Origin: a virus
Taxonomy: Duplodnaviria > Caudoviricetes
Strand: one strand, 5' to 3'
DNA length: 28,256 nt
IMG/VR virus record: IMGVR_UViG_3300005805_000353
Location: 1-28,256 of that record
Below are positions 6,849 to 17,700 of the stretch, piece by piece. The notes beneath the pieces are model-generated. The model saw nothing but the letters and a program-made list of their open reading frames with translations. It had not been told where the DNA came from and made no database searches. The position numbers and the translations under genes were made by a program. Position 1 is the first letter of the stretch; every line of letters starts with the position of its first letter.

Positions 6849-8394
6849 GCTAGTACCTGCCGAGGTAGTTGACGTTGACTTTAATGGCAAGAATAAAGAA
6901 AAGCTCTATACAATCGTTTGTAAAATTATAGGTGCGTTTGGATCACAGGCTTCGTATAATCTCATCCAAGCTCGTGCATTAGATGCAAATATAAAGAACA
7001 TACCTATAATTGGTGAAGTAGTTATGTTGTTAAAAGCACCAACTGCTTACAATAGTTACTTCGGAACAACACAGGAATACTATTATACAAATCCTGTATC
7101 TATACAAAGCTCGGTTCACCATAATGGTTTGCCTGGAGTAAATGAAACTAATAAAAAGTTAAGTGCAAAAGATAGTAAAAAAAGACAAAATGCACAAGAC
7201 GGGGTAAACACCTCAACCAATAAAAGATTAGACGTAAAATCAACTATTGATCCAGCTTTTCCAGAAAGACTGGATGTTTCTCCTTTACAACCATACTCTG
7301 GTGATATTATCCTTGAAGGTAGATGGGGTCAATCAATACGATTTGGTTCGACTGTTGATGAGAGAAGAACATATCCAGTTAAACCAGTATGGCAGAAAGG
7401 ACTTGGGGAAACAGGCAATCCGATTGTTATAATATCAAACGGTACAAATCCTAAAAATAAAAAGTACAACGAGTTTATATCTGAAAACCCAGATGAAGAT
7501 GATTCATCAATATGGATGACATCAGGTCAATCTGTTAGATTTAAACAGGCATCCACATATACTCCATCTATAAAAGATAAAGAAGTTGAGTTGTACAAAA
7601 AAAATGAGTTCGGTGGTAATCAAGTAATAATTTCTTCTGATAGATTAATCTTTAACGCAAAAAAACAAGAAATAATTGCATATAGTAAAGAGAGTATTGG
7701 TCTTTCATCTGAAAAAGTAATTTCATTAGATGGTAAAGAAATAGTAGAAATTGAATCTAAAAGAATAAATCTAGGATTGAATGCCACTTCTCCTGTTCTT
7801 CTTGGAGATAGAACTATGGACTGGTTGGATAAACTATGTGATATAATATCCAAATTTATAACAACCACCACACAAATAACAGTTCCAACGGGTGTAGGTC
7901 CTTCGGGTCCTCCAATAAATACTCCTGCATTTTTAGAAGTAAAAACAAATCTTTTACAGCTTCAAAGAGAGATTGAAAAATTACAGTCTCGTTTGGCATT
8001 CGTAAATGAAAAATCAAACGGACCTTCAGAAGATTCAAGAGCAGCTGCCGAAGATAGAGAGTCTGTTAAGGAACAAAGAGAATCAGGACAAGAGCCACCA
8101 CGTAAGAAGACAGATATAAGTGGAACAGACTTGTCAGAGAAATTTGAACCAACTGGAGTCACTGGAGCTGGTGCAACACTACAAGATCCAACAGAAACAG
8201 AGGATGCATCTACTGGTCAACAAGCTACTGTTTATGGTGTACGTGGTAATAATCCTGAAACATGGGAGTTTGATAAACGTTATCAACAATATTTAGATGC
8301 AACGCCATCTGAAGATGGTGGAAATAAACGACCTGATAGTTCATTTGATAGTCAAGGTTTAAGAGATAAGATAAACTATGACAAACAGGAATAA
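6808..8394 (+). CDS. Baseplate central spike, gp5/gpV-like
   Basis: N-terminal OB-fold-like segment (AEVVDV...IPIIGEVVMLL) and beta-helix-like GDIILEGRWGQSIRF. INLG...PVLLGD and the tip-like PTGVGPSGPPIN follow. It lies upstream of the lysozyme, gp25 and gp6 genes. Confidence 0.7.
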   Translation: MNPQKTIINGKEYELVPAEVVDVDFNGKNKEKLYTIVCKIIGAFGSQASYNLIQARALDANIKNIPIIGEVVMLLKAPTAYNSYFGTTQEYYYTNPVSIQSSVHHNGLPGVNETNKKLSAKDSKKRQNAQDGVNTSTNKRLDVKSTIDPAFPERLDVSPLQPYSGDIILEGRWGQSIRFGSTVDERRTYPVKPVWQKGLGETGNPIVIISNGTNPKNKKYNEFISENPDEDDSSIWMTSGQSVRFKQASTYTPSIKDKEVELYKKNEFGGNQVIISSDRLIFNAKKQEIIAYSKESIGLSSEKVISLDGKEIVEIESKRINLGLNATSPVLLGDRTMDWLDKLCDIISKFITTTTQITVPTGVGPSGPPINTPAFLEVKTNLLQLQREIEKLQSRLAFVNEKSNGPSEDSRAAAEDRESVKEQRESGQEPPRKKTDISGTDLSEKFEPTGVTGAGATLQDPTETEDASTGQQATVYGVRGNNPETWEFDKRYQQYLDATPSEDGGNKRPDSSFDSQGLRDKINYDKQE

Positions 8395-8397
8395 CAA

Positions 8398-9534
8398 ATG
8401 GCACAGTTAAATACAATACAAGACACAAAACCAAGAACAACTACTCAGGATAAAAAAACTTTATCTGATGATCGTATTGATAATTTTAATGATTTATTGA
8501 TTGAAGAGGAAGAACCAGTTGCAGGTCCCCGAACTGGACCCAGATCTAAAAATCAAACAAATAATCCTGGGCAGCAATATAAATCCCCTGAAATAGAAAA
8601 ATCAAAAGCAAAAGAAAAAGGCGGTCAAAGTCCTAAATCTGGAAAAACGGCGGCGGAATTTACAAAAGAAGCAAAAGAGGCACTGAAGGCAACTAAGACA
8701 CCAAAAGAAAAACAAGGGTTTCTAGCAAAAGCAACATCTGCTCTCAGTTCTGATAAACATACTCCTAAATATATCGTCGATGCACTACCATTAATGGTGA
8801 ATGATCCATATAATTTAGATACACCAGAAAGACTTGCAAATTTTTTAGCACAATGTATGGCAGAATCTGGACTATATCCGAAAACAGAAGGAACTCGGTA
8901 CAGTGCATCAAGACTTGCTGAGGTTTTTTCAAACAGAATAAGTTTAAGAGAAGCTAAAGAAGTTGTAAAGAGACCACCTGGTTCGTTAAACGCATGGCCA
9001 GATATTATGTACGGTGGCAGAAATGAAGCTCGTCAAGGTAGATCTGGTAGAGACGGTAACACGTTTAACAAAATATCCCCAGCGAAAGATGGAAACATCG
9101 GAACAACAGAAGGATATACTTATAGAGGTCACGGACTTATACAAAGTACACATAAACCAAAGTTTATTAGATTTGACGAAAAATTTGCAGGAAGAAACGA
9201 AGCCGGTGAGTCAAAAGCAAAGGCAATAACTGGATATGATGATTTTAGACCAATAGTGGAAGGATCCGATCCAAAAAATGATCCACCAGGCGCAAAAAAG
9301 AGATCCGTAGAATCAGGACATTTCATAATATATCCAGATATAACTGCAAATCCAAAAGATCCAATATGGGCAGTTATAACTTCACTTGAATTTTTTAGAG
9401 GAAAAAGTAAACTATTGGTAAATACAGTTAGTCCTGCAACTACAAAAACTATAACAGGTATAGTAAAGGGAAGTTCTGATGGTTATCAACCACGTCATAA
9501 ATGGGCACAATATTTTTATAATAAACTAAAATAA
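8398..9534 (+). CDS. GH19 lysozyme/chitinase-like peptidoglycan hydrolase, probably baseplate-associated
   Basis: TPERLANFLAQCMAESG resembles R.AHFLAQ..HESG, EGTRYSA resembles ENLNYS, EGYTYRGHGLIQST resembles DG..YRGRG.IQLT, and ITGIVKG..DG...R resembles .T..INGG.NG...R. The N-terminal ~110 aa are low-complexity. Confidence 0.8.
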   Translation: MAQLNTIQDTKPRTTTQDKKTLSDDRIDNFNDLLIEEEEPVAGPRTGPRSKNQTNNPGQQYKSPEIEKSKAKEKGGQSPKSGKTAAEFTKEAKEALKATKTPKEKQGFLAKATSALSSDKHTPKYIVDALPLMVNDPYNLDTPERLANFLAQCMAESGLYPKTEGTRYSASRLAEVFSNRISLREAKEVVKRPPGSLNAWPDIMYGGRNEARQGRSGRDGNTFNKISPAKDGNIGTTEGYTYRGHGLIQSTHKPKFIRFDEKFAGRNEAGESKAKAITGYDDFRPIVEGSDPKNDPPGAKKRSVESGHFIIYPDITANPKDPIWAVITSLEFFRGKSKLLVNTVSPATTKTITGIVKGSSDGYQPRHKWAQYFYNKLK

Positions 9535-9547
9535 TAAGGATGTAAAA

Positions 9548-9964
9548 ATGGATAGCAAAAGTTTTTTAAAAGAAATCAGATCTATTATTAGAGAAGAAAT
9601 AGAATATGCACTCAAAAAGCAACAAAATGAATCAAAGAAAAAATCTACTAATGAGACCATTCAACAGGGACTATCCATGTATCAGAAGGTTCAAAAACCA
9701 GTAGAAAAAAAGAAACCACAACCGAGTGGTAATTTCTCAAGTATTCAAGATATTCTAAATGAAACAAGAAGAACCTTAGAAGAAAGCTCGGACATGGAAA
9801 ACGAATTTAGATTTACATCTGATAATGTTCAAGGACATTCTTCAAATTACGGTGCAATACCGAGTGGTATTTCACCAGATGAAATTGCACCAGAAGTGGC
9901 ACAGGCTCTTACAAGAGATTATTCGGCACTAATGGCAAAAATCAATGAGAAAAAAGGGAGTTGA
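9548..9964 (+). CDS. Hypothetical phage protein (138 aa)
   Basis: AAGGA upstream; helical N-terminus (IRSIIREEI) and C-terminal ALTRDYSALM. Confidence 0.7.
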   Translation: MDSKSFLKEIRSIIREEIEYALKKQQNESKKKSTNETIQQGLSMYQKVQKPVEKKKPQPSGNFSSIQDILNETRRTLEESSDMENEFRFTSDNVQGHSSNYGAIPSGISPDEIAPEVAQALTRDYSALMAKINEKKGS

Positions 9965-9967
9965 TAA

Positions 9968-10459
9968 TTGGCTATATACAGAAGAAAAACGATCGTTATA
10001 AATGAACCTAGTTCATCTATAAACCAATATACTAAACCTATTGGCGTAACTATACCATTCAATAATCCAAATGGAGTTTTTTATCAAAGTTACACCAACA
10101 GAGTTCAGGTTTTTTCTAATGTAAAAAACCTTTTACTCACTGCAAAGGGTGAAAGGTATATGCAACCAGATTTTGGAACAGAGTTACGTTTTATTTTGTT
10201 TGAAAATATAACAAGTGAAAGTGAATTTGGTGATAGAATTCGTGGTGAAATAATCTCTGCAATATCAACATGGCTTCCCTATTTAAGTATAACAAACTTA
10301 GAAGTAAATCTGAACATGACCGAAGATGGAAGAGTAAATGATCCATCTCATGCCATAGGAATAAAGTTGGAACTTCAAATCGTAGGAACGAACATATATT
10401 TGCCGATTCAGATATTTATATCTGACACAGGTAATTTGTCCATTGAAGAGGCAGTATAA
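9968..10459 (+). CDS. Baseplate wedge / sheath-initiator protein, T4 gp25 / P2 gpW-like
   Basis: VKNLLLTAKGERYMQPDFGTEL..ILFE...I..AISTWLPY is the GPW_gp25 signature. A non-ATG (TTG) start is required because the first ATG lies inside the motif. Confidence 0.92.
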   Translation: MAIYRRKTIVINEPSSSINQYTKPIGVTIPFNNPNGVFYQSYTNRVQVFSNVKNLLLTAKGERYMQPDFGTELRFILFENITSESEFGDRIRGEIISAISTWLPYLSITNLEVNLNMTEDGRVNDPSHAIGIKLELQIVGTNIYLPIQIFISDTGNLSIEEAV

Positions 10460-10461
10460 TA

Positions 10462-12357
10462 ATGGCGGACTTAGTAAAAAAAGATATACGGTATCTCTCA
10501 CGAGATTTTCCAGCGTTAAAGCAGAATCTTATTGATTTTGCTAAAAATTATTTTCCAAACACGTATCAGGATTTTAATGAATCATCTCCTGGTATGATGT
10601 TTTTGGAAATGGCAGCATACGTTGGAGACGTATTGTCATATTATACCGATACCACTCTTCAAGAGTCATTGATACTTCAATCAACAGAACGTCAGAATAT
10701 TTTGAACATTGCACAGTCTCTTGGATATAAACCAAAGACAAAAATTGCTGCAAATGTAAAGTTAGACGTTTTTCAACTTGTACCTGCAATCGGAAGTGGT
10801 ACAAACAATAGACCAGACTACGCATACGCATTTGCAATAGAGCCTGGAATGGTAGTATCTTCTGATAACAATAATGTGACATCACAGTTTAGAACGATTG
10901 ATTATTTAGATTTCAAGCACAGTAGTAGTATAGATCCAACAGAAGTGTCTGTATTTGAATATGATGATATTTCTAAAGAACCAACATATTATCTACTAAA
11001 AAAATCTGTAAATGCTGTTTCTGGTGTAATAAGAACTGCAACATATGATTTTAATGACCCAAAACCTTATGACAAAGTTTTTCTTGAAGATACAAACATA
11101 ATCGAAGTTTTGTATGCAATTGATTCTGATGGAAATAAGTGGTATCATGTACCGTATTTGGCACAAGATACTATATTTGAACCAACACCAAATATCGCAA
11201 GAAATGATAGACAATTGTCTGTTCATAGAAACGAAACACCATATCTTCTTAAACTTAGAAAAGTGTCTAGAAGATTTATAACAAGACAACTGGCCAATGG
11301 TTCATTAGAAATACAATTTGGTGCAGGTGTATCTGATCTTGATGATGAGATTCTAATACCAAATCCAGACTTGGTTGGTTCTTCACTTACAGGTATAGAA
11401 TCAGCCGCATCTGTTGATATAGACCCATCAAACTTTCTTTACACGAAGACTTACGGTCTTGCACCAACCAACACAACATTGACTATTTATTACACTCAAG
11501 GTGGTGGTATTAAAGACAATGTTCCAAGTGATACTATAAATCGTATCAGTTCAAGAACAATATTATTAGACGAGACAGGACTAAATGAAGCAATTTATAA
11601 TCAAACAATTGCGAGTTTAGCCGTCACAAACCCAGAACCAGCGGCAGGTGCAAAGGACGGAGAAGATATTAATGAAATTCGTCAAAATGCTCTTGCATAT
11701 TTTGCCTCACAAAATCGTGCGGTAACGAAGGAAGACTACATCATACGTGCATATAGTCTTCCACAAAAGTATGGCTCCATCGCAAAGGCATACATAACAA
11801 AAGATGATCAATTAACTCAAGAGTCAATTTATAACAGTGAAAGAATATCAAATCCTTTGGCTTTAAATTTTTATGTTCTAGGATATGACGCTGACAATAA
11901 GTTAACTAAGATAAATGATGCAACTAAAGACAACTTAAAAACATATTTAGCGTACCACAGAATATTAACAGATGCTATTAACATAAAAGATGCATACATA
12001 ATAAATCTAGGTATAGAGTTCGATATTATAACAATGCCAGATCAAAATGGTAATCAAGTGGTCCTTAGATGTATTGATAGACTAAAAAGATATTTTGACA
12101 TTAACAGATGGCAAATTAATCAACCAATTGTAATCAGTAATGTCTATACCGAATTAGATAAAGTCGAAGGTGTTCAAACTGTTGTGGATGTAAGATTTAC
12201 AAATCTTACAGATCCATCTATTGGATATTCTCCAAACGCGTATAACATAGAAAGTGCAACTAAGGATGGAATTATTTTTCCATCACTCGACCCATCGATT
12301 TTTGAAATCAAATATCCTGATAATGACATTATTGGTAGAGTGAGGGCATTCGGATGA
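10462..12357 (+). CDS. Baseplate wedge subunit, T4 gp6 / P2 gpJ-like
   Basis: DF.ALKQNL..FAK.YFP..Y.DFNESSPGMMFLEMAAYVGDVLSYY.D, NIAQSLGYKP, IQFGAG and GA.DGE...EIR.NA...FASQNRAVTKEDY. It follows gp25. Confidence 0.92.
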   Translation: MADLVKKDIRYLSRDFPALKQNLIDFAKNYFPNTYQDFNESSPGMMFLEMAAYVGDVLSYYTDTTLQESLILQSTERQNILNIAQSLGYKPKTKIAANVKLDVFQLVPAIGSGTNNRPDYAYAFAIEPGMVVSSDNNNVTSQFRTIDYLDFKHSSSIDPTEVSVFEYDDISKEPTYYLLKKSVNAVSGVIRTATYDFNDPKPYDKVFLEDTNIIEVLYAIDSDGNKWYHVPYLAQDTIFEPTPNIARNDRQLSVHRNETPYLLKLRKVSRRFITRQLANGSLEIQFGAGVSDLDDEILIPNPDLVGSSLTGIESAASVDIDPSNFLYTKTYGLAPTNTTLTIYYTQGGGIKDNVPSDTINRISSRTILLDETGLNEAIYNQTIASLAVTNPEPAAGAKDGEDINEIRQNALAYFASQNRAVTKEDYIIRAYSLPQKYGSIAKAYITKDDQLTQESIYNSERISNPLALNFYVLGYDADNKLTKINDATKDNLKTYLAYHRILTDAINIKDAYIINLGIEFDIITMPDQNGNQVVLRCIDRLKRYFDINRWQINQPIVISNVYTELDKVEGVQTVVDVRFTNLTDPSIGYSPNAYNIESATKDGIIFPSLDPSIFEIKYPDNDIIGRVRAFG

Positions 12358-13526
12358 TATACACAATATATGCTCAAAAAGATGCAACTATCTATGAAAA
12401 AACAGAATCCCTAAATACTGGATTAGATTCTATATTGGAAATTTCTCACCAATTAGTTGGTACTTCTTCACTTTATAACAGTAGAGTTTTAATAAAGTTT
12501 GATGCATCAGATATACAATCAAAGGTAAATTCTGGAAAAATAAATTCTGGTAGTGCTAGATATTATCTGTCACTTCGTTCATCTGAAGTTAAAGAAATAC
12601 CACAAGAATACAAAATATATGCATACCCACTGAGTGGCTCTTGGACAAATGGTACTGGTAGATATAATAATATACCAATTACCACCGATGGAGTTTCTTG
12701 GAAATATAAGTCATCAAAATCAGTCGGTTCAGAATGGAATATTCCACCAACAATTGAATCATATGAATGGGACGAAATTTCTGATTTGTGGGTAGATGCA
12801 AACTCTCTCTTTGGAGTAAATTTATCCGCAAATGTAACATCTTCTTATTTTTCATCTAAAGGTGGTGGAACTTGGTGGGTGTGGGACGGTGCAGAATGTA
12901 CTCAATCATTTTCTTTTGAGTCATCCGATATATACATGGATGTAACTACAATTGTTAGAAAATGGATAACTGGATCTGGTAGATTTGAAAATGATGGATT
13001 TATACTTAAGTTCAGTGACTTAACAGAAAAATCTTCCGAAACAGTTCATTCACTAAAGTTTTTTGGTGCAGACAGCAATACCATATATATACCAAGACTT
13101 CATGTAGTTTGGGATGATTCTGTATTTGTAACAGGAAGTCTAACTCAAGTAACTGATGATAATCTTATTATTGATGTGAGATTAAAAAAATATTACTCTG
13201 AAACAGAGAAGGCAAAAATAAGAGTATATGCTAATCAAAGATACCCACAGAAAACCTACACAACACAATCATATTATACAGAAAAGTATTATTTACCAAC
13301 ATCTTCTTATTATGAAATAAGAGATGCACATACCGATGAAATTATTTTACCTTTTAATCAAAACGGTACTAAACTTAGTTGTGATGCAGATGGTAACTAC
13401 TTTAATCTATGGATGGATTCATTCCAACCTGAAAGATTTTATCGTGTTGTAATTAAAGTTGAAACTGACGGTGGTGATACTGTTCAAATATTTGATAACA
13501 ATTACTACTTCAAGGTTATAAGATGA
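12354..13526 (+). CDS. Virion protein with DNRLRE (CBM96-like) beta-sandwich plus C-terminal Ig-like domain
   Basis: KDATIYE...NTG...LEI...SRVLIKFD, DVTTIVRKW...NDGFIL and LKFF...S....PRLHV.W follow the DNRLRE pattern. ATGA-coupled to the gp6-like gene. Confidence 0.6.
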   Translation: MIYTIYAQKDATIYEKTESLNTGLDSILEISHQLVGTSSLYNSRVLIKFDASDIQSKVNSGKINSGSARYYLSLRSSEVKEIPQEYKIYAYPLSGSWTNGTGRYNNIPITTDGVSWKYKSSKSVGSEWNIPPTIESYEWDEISDLWVDANSLFGVNLSANVTSSYFSSKGGGTWWVWDGAECTQSFSFESSDIYMDVTTIVRKWITGSGRFENDGFILKFSDLTEKSSETVHSLKFFGADSNTIYIPRLHVVWDDSVFVTGSLTQVTDDNLIIDVRLKKYYSETEKAKIRVYANQRYPQKTYTTQSYYTEKYYLPTSSYYEIRDAHTDEIILPFNQNGTKLSCDADGNYFNLWMDSFQPERFYRVVIKVETDGGDTVQIFDNNYYFKVIR

Positions 13527-14773
13527 TTAGTCTAGTAGAGTTTCTTTTTATTGAAGACATAGATCCGTTACAAGCGGAATCAATACTGAACATTTATCCT
13601 AATATAAACTACAAAACTGTTGGTGAATTTTACGATTTTTTCAAATCAAAATCGGTTGTATTAAAGAAAGTTTCTAAAAATCAAGTTGGAAGTACTTTGT
13701 TAGAAAGACTAAAGTCATTCAAACAATCTTATGAATACGAAATTGTTAAAAACTTTATAGAAGAACAAAATAAGATCAAGAAGTTGCTTTCAACAAATCC
13801 TTCTGAAATTACTGTAATACAAAATACATTAGAAAGTATTTCTCAATATAATTTAGATACATTTGATTATTACATAGTTAGAAAACTAATAGATCCAACT
13901 GGTTCATCAAATGGTGTATTACCTTCTGAACAATTAAAAGTTTTGTTTGATTCATTAATAGAAGAAAAAAACAAAGTTTCACTGAATGAATCTGGTTCTA
14001 TTAACTTTGATAAGAGTTTAAGAGATAATTTTGACAGAGCAATAACTTTTGAAAATCTATACAAAAACAGCGGAAGATACAGACTCCCTATATTAGATGA
14101 AAGATTTTACTTCAAAGATTTTGATTATGTAGTGGACAGAAATTTTGAATCTCTACCAGAAGCAGTTTCTGCGGAAATAAATCTTCTTGATAGACTGGCA
14201 AATGTAACTGACATTGATACCTTCTTGACAGATTTAACTAAGTTAACAATAGAAAATGAAAATTCTATAACAGGATTAACGGCTAAGGTTCAAAGATTGG
14301 AACAAATAATAGAAATAAAACAAGAAGAAGTTCAGTCATATGTAGACGCACAAATTGAACATGAAGGGTTTATAGACAGTATTGTTTCAGAAACTTTACA
14401 ACAAGATGAGCAGTTAAGACAAAAAGATGAAACTATTAATCAGTTAAATGAAACAATATCAAGTACATTATCTGAATTAGAATCAAATGTTGCTAATCAA
14501 ATTAATAGTATAAATTCTGCATTAGATTCACTTTCTCAAAATATATCTTCACAGGGCGCAGGTAAAAATGCATCACAAGATTCTGAAATATCTGCTCTTA
14601 AATCACAAATAGCTTCTTTGCAAGCTACTGTAAATTCGTTGAGAAATAGTTCAACTAGTGGGGGTACTGGAGGAGGTGGTTCAATAGGAGGATCAACCAG
14701 TGCGACTGGTTCTGCATCAACTAATACTGGTAGTGCCAAGGGTGCTGGTAGTCCTGGAGGTGGAAGAGTTTAA
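13523..14773 (+). CDS. Coiled-coil protein with Gly/Ser/Thr-rich C-terminal tail
   Basis: Heptad-rich aa ~245-375, ending STSGGTGGGGSIGGSTSATGSASTNTGSAKGAGSPGGGRV. ATGA-coupled. Confidence 0.7.
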   Translation: MISLVEFLFIEDIDPLQAESILNIYPNINYKTVGEFYDFFKSKSVVLKKVSKNQVGSTLLERLKSFKQSYEYEIVKNFIEEQNKIKKLLSTNPSEITVIQNTLESISQYNLDTFDYYIVRKLIDPTGSSNGVLPSEQLKVLFDSLIEEKNKVSLNESGSINFDKSLRDNFDRAITFENLYKNSGRYRLPILDERFYFKDFDYVVDRNFESLPEAVSAEINLLDRLANVTDIDTFLTDLTKLTIENENSITGLTAKVQRLEQIIEIKQEEVQSYVDAQIEHEGFIDSIVSETLQQDEQLRQKDETINQLNETISSTLSELESNVANQINSINSALDSLSQNISSQGAGKNASQDSEISALKSQIASLQATVNSLRNSSTSGGTGGGGSIGGSTSATGSASTNTGSAKGAGSPGGGRV

Positions 14774-14775
14774 TT

Positions 14776-17700
14776 ATGGCAAACTTTGAATACAAAAATA
14801 TAGATGATATTTTAGAATCAAATCTTCCAATAAGAGGCGTTAGAATTCCTATTGAAGATTTGGAACTTTTAAAGAAAACACCACCACTTGTTCCTGCAAT
14901 TTCAAGAGATGAAACTGTTGTTGAATTCCATACGTTTTTACCAAATGGTGCGTATCTTACGTCACTATATAATGTAGATACATGGAGAATAGAATCACCA
15001 GCTGCAAATTCTTCTGCACCTATAATATCACTTGATTTACACAGAGATTTCGATAAATCAGAAAATCCCGCAGGAACATATAAAGTAGTCTATAACTTTT
15101 TCAAAAACATTATTGGTTCATTTGATGCACCAAAAATGTTTATATCAAAAGTCTCTTCAGATAGAACTGAATTAGAATTAACATTAATAGATAGAAGTTC
15201 TGTGCAAGATCAAGAATCTCTTGCAAATTTTGTCTTATCTTACTTAAAATCAAAAGAGATACTACCAAACGTAGTTTTAAACTTTGGCGAAAATAAAATA
15301 GTTGATGTACTAAATATAATATCGGATGGTAGTAAATTTAGTTTCTTCGTAAAATTATATGAAGGATTACCAACCGATTTAGATTTGTATTTCCAGTGTT
15401 GGGTTCAAGAACAACTTCTTAAACCATTTATTGACACAATCAATAACATTCCAGAAGAAATACAAACACAATTACCATCACTTAAAGGTCCAAACTTTGA
15501 AGCGGATTATGATTATTGGACAGTTAGTGAAACAGAATATAAATCATGGAATGAAATACTTTCGTCAAATGTACAAACTTCTCAAGAAATAATTGATAGA
15601 TACATATCATCCAGTAATCTACCAGTTCAACTAAACGTAGATTATAGAGAGTTTGAAAACTTTATATTCTATTCTTCAGCTGAAGATAGAGTTGATAACT
15701 TTGTTTATAAAGTTGAAATGATCGAAAAATACAACAATGAACTTTCATTGTTGGACACATTTACTGGTTCAATATCATCAAACAAGATAAAAATAAAATC
15801 ACTTAGAGACAAAACAATCTCAGGGTTTGATAACTTTGAAAAATGGTTGTATTATGAAACAACCGCAAGTAATTATTACACGTATCAACAAACAGCATCA
15901 ATAACACCATATCCTAAATTTGAAGTAACTGGTAGTGATTACCATATTGCAACAAAGGAAGGAAAATTTAAATTATATCCAAGTGGGTCTAACATAGTAG
16001 ATGATTGGTATAAGGATTTAATTACAAAGTCAGTAAATTATGATCTTAAAAATTATAATTCACTGAATAAGGCTATACCAGAACATTTGTTAGATAGTGG
16101 AGATAACGAACAGTTTGTTACATTCGTTAACATGATCGGCCAACACTTTGATATAATTTACTTATACACAGACCATATTCTTAAAAAGAATCTTCGTGAA
16201 GAACATCCAAAAGATGGTTTATCACAAGACTTAATTTATGAGGCAACAAGAAATCTTGGATGGACACTTTCAAGTGGAACACAGGCAAAAGATCTTTGGG
16301 AATATGCATTTGGAATTAGTGGAAGTGGTGAACCAATTTGGACTGGAAAAACAACGGTTGGTAGATATTTTACAAAATCTGATGAAGAAAGAACAAAGGA
16401 AGTTTGGAGACGTATATTCAATAATCTTCCTTATATCTACAAATCAAAAGGAACTGCTCGTGGTGTAAAGGCATTATTAGCTGCATATGGAATACCACAA
16501 ACTTTACTTACAATTCGTGAGTTTGGCGGTCCTGATAATGCAGATTTGGGATTAATACCAAGAGCTGAATGGGAAAAACATACCTACTATTTAAACTTTA
16601 AAGGAAGTTTCCCAACTCCACCAACCCAAAGTTATATATCCATTCCTTGGCAAAAAGTATCTGAATCAGACGAAACATGGTCATATCCAGATGCAATAAG
16701 TTTTCGTTGGAAAATGGAACCAGAAGATACCTATGGATATGGGCTGGATCCACATCAAACACTTTTACAAAAAAACGTCGGAAACAGAGTTGATTGGTTT
16801 GTAACAGTAAATAAAAACGGAACGGATCCAGAGAAAGGATCACTTACATTTTATATTGGCGACGGCTCAACATACAAAACCGCTTCTATAACAGATGAGT
16901 ATATGTATGATGACGTTCCACTGAATCTTTTAATAAAAAGAAGTCAATTCAGTGATTTAACATCAACAAATCAAACATACGAACTTATTTTAAAGACTGC
17001 TAAGTATGGTAAGATTGCAGTAGAACGTTCCGCCAGTGTAACCGTAAATGGCTCAACCGAACCAAATATAAACAGATCTTGGGTATCTAACGGTACTTTA
17101 TTTGTTGGATCAGGCTCAAACCAGCAAACTGATAAAATGCTTTCTGGTTCTGTTTTTGAATTAAGATATTGGGCTAACAATCTCAGTACAGGTTCTTTCA
17201 ATAATCACGTTCTTGCACCAAGATCATATAATGGAAACACGGAAACGTCTTCATACTATGACTTACAGGCACAGTTTAAATTTTGGCAAAAATTTGATGT
17301 AGCTGTAACAACAAGTTTGTCAAGTTCACATCCAAATCAAAATCAAAGACATTTTGAAACATCTTCCAAGATTGCAACTTTTGTTGGTTTTAATGAAAAC
17401 TCATTCGAATCAATAAACGAAAATTATTACATGGAAGTTGCAACTCTTGCAAATAACACACCATATACAGAAAAGGTTCGTGTAGATTCTGGTTCATTAA
17501 TTGGAGGTCTATCTAAAGATAGAAGTGCTGAAGTATCTGCATTTGATTTTTATTCGAACGATTCTGATCGACTAATGATTGCATTCTCTCCACAGGATGT
17601 AATAAATGAAGATATATATGAAAGTTTGGGATATGCACAACTCGATGACTATATCGGAGAGTATGGTAATATAACAAAAAATGAATATCCAAACTTAAAA

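Noticed and set aside
10395-10402. TATATTTG as a Bacteroidota -7 box inside the gp25-like gene
   Set aside because: It is a perfect TAnnTTTG match, but there is no TTG at the 19-21 nt spacing (the nearest is 25 nt away). Likely chance in AT-rich DNA.
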